Positions 17,927-23,946 of a stretch of 23,946 nt of DNA are shown one piece after another. This stretch comes from a virus (Duplodnaviria; Heunggongvirae; Uroviricota; Caudoviricetes). The stretch's first letter is position 1. Each line of letters begins with the position of its first letter. Both the position numbers and the translations under genes were made by a program. A model generated the notes under the pieces. It saw only the letters and a program-made list of their open reading frames with translations. It did no database searches and had not been told where the DNA came from. The DNA is taken from the IMG/VR virus record IMGVR_UViG_2562617151_000005; one strand, 5' to 3'.

Positions 17927-18160
17927 CTCACAATTCAGTAAGTTGACAGTTGCCTGTCAGACTGGGCATTTGTTAAAAAAATTTCGCATGGTGAATCCCC
18001 CTGAGCGGAGGGGCGACTGGTGACGGTATAATCTCTGATTATCAAAACGAGAATGACGCGGGTTTAGTGGCACCGGGCTGAACTCACCGGGAGGCACCCG
18101 GCACCATGTGCATGATGATACAGATACGCGGCTTTAGCCCCTCTCCGGAGGGGCTTTCTT
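17927..18160 (+). other. Structured module B, paralogue of module A with a TTGACA -35-like hexamer
   Basis: Same conserved blocks in the same order as module A; identical terminator hairpin at 18137-18154 followed by T-rich tract. Confidence 0.4.
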
Positions 18161-18166
18161 ATGGAC

Positions 18167-18195
18167 AAAAAAAGCCCGCGCTGGGAGACGCGGGC
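18167..18195 (-). terminator. Candidate minus-strand intrinsic terminator
   Basis: Plus strand reads A-run, then GCCCGCG-N8-CGCGGGC; on the minus strand this is a GC hairpin followed by a U-run. Confidence 0.3.
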
Positions 18196-18388
18196 GGCAA
18201 GGAATAAACAATAAAACGTGAAGTAATATTTCAGCTGGCGAATAATACCCCATAGTAATCACTCTGCGCAACTGCGCGGTCTTTTTCGAATTGCGGGCTG
18301 TAGTCTCCCTTCTGCCATTGTCCTGTAACTTCCGGACTTCAGCCTGCTCCTTATCTGACTCACAACATTATCCCGCCCGGGAGGATTC

Positions 18389-19423
18389 ATGGCATTTAAA
18401 CACTATGACGTGGTCAGGGCGGCATCGCCGTCAGACCTTGCGAAACGACTGACACAAAAACTGAAGGAGGGCTGGCAGCCGTTTGGTAGTCCGGTGGCCA
18501 TAACCCCTTATACCCTGATGCAGGCGATTGCAGCAGAAGGTGATGTGGTCGTCAGTGGTGCAACTGAGCCGGAGTGGTACTACGTCATCGTACTGGCCGG
18601 GCAATCCAATGCCATGGCTTACGGTGAAGGGCTTCCGCTTCCGGATTCATACGATGCGCCCCATCCGCGCATTAAGCAACTGGCCCGTCGTAACACAGTG
18701 ACTCCCGGTGGTGAAGTATGCGTATTTAACGACATCATTCCTGCTGACCATTGTCTGCATGATGTTCAGGATATGAGTACGATTAACCATCCCCGGGCTG
18801 ACCTGAGCAAAGGGCAGTACGGCTGTGTCGGACAGGGCTTACATATTGCCAAAAAACTGCTTCCGTATATCCCTAATAATGCGGGGATCCTGCTGGTACC
18901 ATGCTGTCGTGGTGGTTCGGCATTCACCCAGGGCACGGAGGGGACATTCAGCGAGTCCACGGGAGCCAGTCAGGATTCGGCTCGCTGGGGAGTGGGTAAG
19001 CCGTTATATCAGGATCTGCTTTTCCGCACGAAGGCAGCATTGCAGAAAAACCCGAAAAACGTTTTGCTGGCGATATGCTGGATGCAGGGGGAATTCGATA
19101 TGACGAATGCCAGTTACGCCCAGCAGCCAGCAGCATTTCTTGCAATGGTACAGCAGTTCCGTGCTGACCTTGCCGGGCTGGCAGCGCAGTGTCACGGTGG
19201 AAGTCCGGCATCAGTCCCCTGGATTTGTGGCGACACGACATACGCGTGGAAACAAGAACACGGTACGCAATATGAAGTGGTATATGGTGCATATAAAGGT
19301 AAAGAATCCCAGCAGATTTATTTTGTTCCCTTTATGACCGATGGTAGCGGAGTTAATACACCGACAAACAACCCGTCAGAAGATCCTGATACCTGCAGGA
19401 GTACATCAGGACGCAGTGCTTAA
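18389..19423 (+). CDS. nanS: NanS-like 9-O-acetyl sialate esterase (SGNH hydrolase) of the prophage nanS-p type
   Basis: 344 aa; SD GGGAGG upstream; GQSN motif (VLAGQSNAMAYGEG) typical of SGNH/SASA esterases; N-terminus MAFKHYDVVRAASP... resembles YjhS/NanS from memory. Confidence 0.75.
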   Translation: MAFKHYDVVRAASPSDLAKRLTQKLKEGWQPFGSPVAITPYTLMQAIAAEGDVVVSGATEPEWYYVIVLAGQSNAMAYGEGLPLPDSYDAPHPRIKQLARRNTVTPGGEVCVFNDIIPADHCLHDVQDMSTINHPRADLSKGQYGCVGQGLHIAKKLLPYIPNNAGILLVPCCRGGSAFTQGTEGTFSESTGASQDSARWGVGKPLYQDLLFRTKAALQKNPKNVLLAICWMQGEFDMTNASYAQQPAAFLAMVQQFRADLAGLAAQCHGGSPASVPWICGDTTYAWKQEHGTQYEVVYGAYKGKESQQIYFVPFMTDGSGVNTPTNNPSEDPDTCRSTSGRSA

Positions 19424-19468
19424 AATAATTTTAATTTCACTGAAATTTAATACGTGACTTTCAGGAAA

Positions 19469-19494
19469 ATGCCTCGCAGATGCGGGGCATTTTT
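19469..19494 (+). terminator. Intrinsic terminator downstream of nanS-like gene
   Basis: ATGCCTCGCA-GA-TGCGGGGCAT (one mismatch) followed by TTTT. Confidence 0.5.
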
Positions 19495-19844
19495 GTACAG
19501 GTATTTCACCGCGCACCGCAGTGCACTCAACCACGTCGAACCAAACCCTTTGGAATGAGCCTTTGAGTAGTCAGTTAGTGCTGGTGAGCCTTGACGGGCT
19601 GATCTCCTATGCAGCAAAGGTTCATCTCAAAGTAAGGCGAACGCTATGACAAACCAAGATTCTATAGACCTATCTGATCTTCGTGGAATGGTCAGTTTTC
19701 CAGACAAAAGGTAATCACCATAGTCGTATGGCTATGAATCTTGTTGCTGCAGATAAGCATTTTGTGATTGAAGTGGTCAAATCTCTCAAATGCAGTAAAA
19801 TGCAGTGCGCTATAATTCAATAACGGAGGGAGTAAGGAGAAGTC

Positions 19845-20465
19845 ATGAAAGATCAAGATGTTAGGTTCGCGGTGCATCATAAGCTTTTGAAAGAATCGCA
19901 TTTAGATCCAGACTGCCTTGTGGTCGATGAATTTTCCATATCCCTTGGCGCCAGTAGAGCAGACATTGCTGTAATAAATGGTGTTATACACGGGTACGAG
20001 CTCAAAAGTGAATATGACTCTTTGGAGCGTTTGCCTCTTCAAATCAAGCATTATTCTTCTGTAATGGACAAGGTTACTCTTGTCGTAGCTGAGAAACATC
20101 TTGAGGGAGCATTAAAGTTAATCCCAGGTTGGTGGGGCGTTAAAACGGTTTCTGTTGGGCCAAAAGGCGCCATTCTTATAAAGCACATGCGTGGAGAAAA
20201 GCTTAATCGAAACCATGACACATTGATGCTCGCTCAATTGCTTTGGAAAGATGAATGTATCGACGTACTTGAACGATGGGGCTATTCCAAAGGAATCAAA
20301 AGCAAGCCCCGATTTGAGTTATGGAATATTATTGCGGAAAATATTCCAATAGCGAATCTCAGGCTTGAAGTCAGAACAGCCTTAAAGAAACGCGTAGGCT
20401 GGAAAGTTAAGGCTTGGCAGGCTGAGTCTGCGCCAACCAATAAAGCTGTCTCACGACTAACGTAA
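19845..20465 (+). CDS. Hypothetical protein (206 aa) with PD-(D/E)xK nuclease-like motif
   Basis: SD AAGGAG and TATAAT-like -10 upstream; motif ...RADIAVINGVIHGYELKSE... with D-x11-ELK spacing typical of restriction-endonuclease-fold enzymes; AT-rich. Confidence 0.6.
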   Translation: MKDQDVRFAVHHKLLKESHLDPDCLVVDEFSISLGASRADIAVINGVIHGYELKSEYDSLERLPLQIKHYSSVMDKVTLVVAEKHLEGALKLIPGWWGVKTVSVGPKGAILIKHMRGEKLNRNHDTLMLAQLLWKDECIDVLERWGYSKGIKSKPRFELWNIIAENIPIANLRLEVRTALKKRVGWKVKAWQAESAPTNKAVSRLT

Positions 20466-21474
20466 TATGGTGCGTATGTGCAACTTTACGCCATTCTTTA
20501 GAGCCGCCAGATTTGTTAGCGCCTAATGATCTTTGGTAAATGTAATCATCCCCCCAACTAAATTTGGAACCAAAGACTTGATACTCTGGCGAACTAACAA
20601 GGGTAGTACATAAGTTTTTAGTTTGGCCCCATCCATTTCCTTTAACTGCGGTACCTTTTACAAAGATCCATGAGGTATCGTTCGAATATCTCACTGAGAC
20701 ATACTGAGACATGAAGCGTGGGTCTACGCTCGTAATGGTAGAGCTAGCGGTGGGATAATCACTAAAACTTGGCGTTCTTCCATTGCTAAAATTCTGTACT
20801 ACGTACATCCAAAGATCGTATTCATGGCGCGGAATATGATGAACTTGATGTTGCGGTATCCCTGCCTGTGATGCTGGGTATGCGGTTGAAGATAAAATCA
20901 AGTTTCTCCACGGAGCTTGGCCTGATAATGTGTTGACCATGCTTAATGCTTGTTGTTTTAAACTATCAGTTGCGTTTTGAATATCTCCAAAATCAATGAT
21001 TACATCAATTAAACTAGGATGAATATTTAAGTGGTTAACCAGACTTGTGAATTGGTGCCATGTCTGGGGGGTGATAGATATAGCGAGCCCATTGATTAAG
21101 TTGCGTTGAACAGCATGTATATAGTTTGTTGAATATGCGGGAGAAACAACAGGGATAATTTCCTTACCATTTACTCTAGCATCTTGGATACACATATCTA
21201 GAGGATGATGGCGGCTCGAACCATGTTTATCTAAATATTTAACATCCAGCAAAACAGGACGATTGGCTTTCCAGGATGCCGCAAGGTTAATACCGAAGTC
21301 AGATAAGTAAGAACTCAAACTCTTCTTGTAGCATTCGTTTTCATAATCCCAGTCTATGTCTGGAATGGTAATGATCGGAGTAAAACCAGAGAGCGTAGTT
21401 TGATCTAAAAGCATCAGAGATTCATATTCAGCAGGCTTCCATTTCAGCTGTGGATAATATTGATGTTGACTCAT
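20407..21474 (-). CDS. Hypothetical protein (355 aa), convergent partner of the nuclease-like gene
   Basis: Long AT-rich ORF; 3' end overlaps 19845-20465 by 59 nt on the opposite strand; no family recognised. Confidence 0.6.
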   Translation of the reverse strand: MSQHQYYPQLKWKPAEYESLMLLDQTTLSGFTPIITIPDIDWDYENECYKKSLSSYLSDFGINLAASWKANRPVLLDVKYLDKHGSSRHHPLDMCIQDARVNGKEIIPVVSPAYSTNYIHAVQRNLINGLAISITPQTWHQFTSLVNHLNIHPSLIDVIIDFGDIQNATDSLKQQALSMVNTLSGQAPWRNLILSSTAYPASQAGIPQHQVHHIPRHEYDLWMYVVQNFSNGRTPSFSDYPTASSTITSVDPRFMSQYVSVRYSNDTSWIFVKGTAVKGNGWGQTKNLCTTLVSSPEYQVFGSKFSWGDDYIYQRSLGANKSGGSKEWRKVAHTHHITLVVRQLYWLAQTQPAKP

Positions 21475-21697
21475 TAAAACTCCTTAAAATCTTTACTTAT
21501 CCTAAGTATAGTGTTATGGCGTAACGCCAATTGTTTTTATACACTTGAAAACATTGGGAAAAGTTGAGCTATATCTAAATTTACAAAATTGGATGTTATA
21601 GAAATCGAGGTTTCAACTAGGCATGGAACTGCAAAATTTTTAATGCCTGCACGCGAAAGTCGTTGGCGGGTCCTTTCCGGTGATCCAGACCGTTACG

Positions 21698-21709
21698 GGG
21701 CGGCGACCT
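21698..21709 (+). other. cosN, lambda-type 12-nt cohesive end GGGCGGCGACCT with flanking cos sequence
   Basis: CGTTACG|GGGCGGCGACCT|CGCGG followed by TTTTTCACTATTTATGAAAATTTTT, near-identical to the lambda genome left end as I recall it; about 180 bp upstream of Nu1. Confidence 0.7.
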
Positions 21710-21885
21710 CGCGGTTTTTCACTATTTATGAAAATTTTTCAGGGAAAATCGTGTCGGTACTTCTCGAATATAACTTTTTGTTTTTTTTAATATTACATCC
21801 GTAAAGGTCCGACATGAAAGTGTCCGAAAATGCCTTTTTCTGGCGTTTTCATGTCGGGCCTTGTATTTGATAATGGGTTGTTTTC

Positions 21886-22434
21886 ATGAAGGTTAATAAA
21901 AAGAGGCTTGCCGAAATTTTCAACGTGGACCCGCGGACGATTGAACGCTGGCAGTCTCAGGGACTCCCTTGCGCCTCCAAAGGTAGTAAGGGCATTGAAT
22001 CTGTATTTGATACTGCCATGGCAATTCAGTGGTATGCGCAGAGGGAAACTGATATCGAAAACGAAAAGCTCCGCAAAGAACTGGACGATTTGCGTGCGGC
22101 AGCGGAGTCAGATTTACAACCCGGCACCATTGACTATGAACGCTACCGGCTCACAAAAGCGCAGGCAGATGCGCAGGAACTGAAAAATGCCCGTGAAGAC
22201 GGAGTAGTGCTGGAAACTGAACTGTTTACCTTCATTCTGCAACGTGTGGCACAGGAGATTTCGGGGATACTTGTGCGTGTGCCGTTGACATTACAGCGTA
22301 AATATCCGGACATTTCACCATCACACCTTGATGTGGTGAAAACTGAAATCGCGAAAGCCTCCAATGTTGCAGCTAAGGCCGGTGAAAACGTGGGCGGGTG
22401 GATCGATGATTTCAGACGCGCAGAAGGCAGCTAA
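21886..22434 (+). CDS. nu1: Terminase small subunit (lambda Nu1-like)
   Basis: 182 aa [28 protein letters not shown]...[47 protein letters not shown], closely parallel to lambda Nu1. Confidence 0.85.
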
Positions 22435-23179
22435 TGCAGCCGGTGCGATAGCTACAGGGCTTTTATCTCTCATTATTCCTGTTCCACTGACGACAGTTCA
22501 GTGGGCCAATAAACATTATTACCTTCCTAAAGAGTCGTCTTATACCCCCGGGCGGTGGGAAACACTGCCGTTTCAGGTTGGCATCATGAACTGTATGGGC
22601 AACGATCTGATTCGCACGGTTATGCGTGGCTGGACGATTAAGGGCAAGCCCGCCAGTGGTCGGGCCGTATTATCTCAGGAACAGGACGGCATTAAATCGC
22701 ACACCCACAGCGCCAGCGCATCCAGTACGGATTTGGGGACGAAAACCACATCGTCGTTTGATTACGGAACCAAATCCACGAATAACACCGGGGCGCATAC
22801 CCATAGTATTAGCGGGACCGCAAATAGTGCCGGTGCGCACCAACACAAGAGTTCCGGTGCATTTGGTGGCACGAACACGAGCATTTTCCCTAATGGTTAT
22901 ACCGCGATTTCAAATCTAAGCGCGGGGATTATGAGCACAACAAGCGGTAGTGGCCAGACTCGTAATGCAGGGAAGACATCATCAGATGGTGCTCATACCC
23001 ACTCGCTGTCCGGCACTGCTGCAAGCGCAGGCGCACATGCACATACTGTCGGTATTGGTGCTCATACGCACTCCGTTGCGATTGGTTCACATGGACACAC
23101 CATCACCGTTAACGCTGCTGGTAACGCGGAAAACACCGTCAAAAACATCGCATTTAACTATATTGTGAGGCTTGCATAA
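22406..23179 (+). pseudogene. Chimeric ORF: terminase large subunit (gpA-like) N-terminal 70-odd aa fused to a side-tail-fibre C-terminal His-rich repeat region
   Basis: From MISDAQ the N-terminus matches lambda gpA ([41 protein letters not shown]) up to about nt 22620, then switches to GAHTHS/GAHQH repeats; same frame throughout; start overlaps Nu1 end as in lambda. Confidence 0.6.
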
Positions 23180-23763
23180 TGGCATTCAGAATGAGTGAAC
23201 AACCACGGACCATAAAAATTTATAATCTGCTGGCCGGAACTAATGAATTTATTGGTGAAGGTGATGCATATATTCCGCCTCATACAGGTCTGCCAGCAAA
23301 CAGTACCGATATTGCACCACCAGATATTCCTGCTGGCTTTGTGGCTGTTTTCAACAGTGATGAGGCATCGTGGCATCTCGTTGAAGACCATCGGGGTAAA
23401 ACGGTTTATGACGTAGCGTCAGGGGACGAGTTATTTATTTCTGAACTCGGTCCGTTACCGGAAAATGTTACCTGGTTATCGCCGGAAGGGGAGTTTCAGA
23501 AGTGGAACGGCACAGCCTGGGTGAAGGATACGGAAGCAGAAAAACTGTTCCGGATCCGGGAGGCGGAAGAAACAAAAAACAACCTGATGCAGGTAGCCAG
23601 TGAGCATATTGCGCCGCTTCAGGATGCTGCAGATCTGGAAATTGCAACGGAGGAAGAAACCTCATTGCTGGAAGCCTGGAAAAAGTATCGGGTGTTGCTG
23701 AACCGTGTTGATACATCAACTGCACCTGATATTGAGTGGCCTACGAACCCTGTCAGGGAGTAA
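23179..23763 (+). CDS. tfa: Tail fibre assembly protein (Tfa)
   Basis: 194 aa [39 protein letters not shown]... recognised as the lambdoid Tfa family; TAATG overlap with upstream stop. Confidence 0.8.
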   Translation: MAFRMSEQPRTIKIYNLLAGTNEFIGEGDAYIPPHTGLPANSTDIAPPDIPAGFVAVFNSDEASWHLVEDHRGKTVYDVASGDELFISELGPLPENVTWLSPEGEFQKWNGTAWVKDTEAEKLFRIREAEETKNNLMQVASEHIAPLQDAADLEIATEEETSLLEAWKKYRVLLNRVDTSTAPDIEWPTNPVRE

Positions 23764-23817
23764 TCATTGGGATTATGCCGCAGCACGTCTTAAGCAAGAA
23801 CGTGCTGCGGTTGGATG

Positions 23818-23946
23818 CTATTTTTTCCCTGAAGCGGAAAACATTACTACAGTACCTTGAACCTTGGTTTTAACATTCTCGAAATGCTCTGAGAGTATAT
23901 GTGTTAAGCCTTCTTCGGAATCTTTTGTGTTTGAAAAGATGCCTTT
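23818..23946 (-). CDS. Possible 3' end of a minus-strand gene running off the window edge
   Basis: Open frame on minus strand from the window end to TAG at 23820-23818 (...HFENVKTKVQGTVVMFSASGKK*); 11-bp inverted repeat at 23778-23810 follows; only 42 codons visible. Confidence 0.25.
   Translation of the reverse strand, partial: KGIFSNTKDSEEGLTHILSEHFENVKTKVQGTVVMFSASGKK

Noticed and set aside
17459-18160. CRISPR array
   Set aside because: Only two copies, about 470 bp apart, each about 220 bp with internal divergent linkers; not short regular repeats with spacers, and no cas genes in the window
17420-18388. Possible Shiga toxin (stxAB) locus downstream of the tRNAs
   Set aside because: The interval is under 1 kb and contains no ORF resembling StxA or StxB; it is occupied by the two structured modules instead
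21589-21804. 71-aa ORF
   Set aside because: Spans cosN and cos-flanking sequence that is conserved as DNA; not coding
22626-23168. Alternative-frame ORFs of 97 and 72 aa
   Set aside because: Overlap the tail-fibre repeat region in other frames; Pro/Arg-rich shadow translations of GC-rich repeats

Overview
The window reads as a defective lambdoid prophage of an E. coli-like enterobacterium, in lambda-like order. Left arm (minus strand): integrase, excisionase, a large DEDDh-exonuclease protein, then a ydfD/dicB/dicF/ydfA block like the K-12 Qin prophage. Centre: leaderless HTH repressor with divergent Cro-like gene flanked by operator repeats, a YdaT-like gene, and an O-like replication gene carrying internal iterons. 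An IS5 copy (CTAA target duplication) splits the next gene. Right arm (plus strand): AT-rich two-gene cassette, hok-family toxin, DUF968/HNH-like gene, rusA, lambda-type Q with PR'/tR', orphan adenine methyltransferase, three tRNAs (Ile2-like CAU, Arg UCG, Arg UCU), two tandem paralogous structured modules each ending in a terminator, nanS-like esterase, a convergent AT-rich gene pair, an intact lambda-type cosN, Nu1-like small terminase, a terminase-large N-terminus fused to a tail-fibre C-terminus, and tfa. No holin/endolysin/Rz, head or tail-shaft genes and no stx are present. The best candidates for an undescribed system are the cassette at 10037-12016 (HEPN-like Rx4H motif) and the convergent pair at 19845-21474 (PD-(D/E)xK-like motif); the tandem modules at 17459-18160 are candidate sRNA/regulatory elements. 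All family assignments are from reading the translations and from memory; no searches were run.
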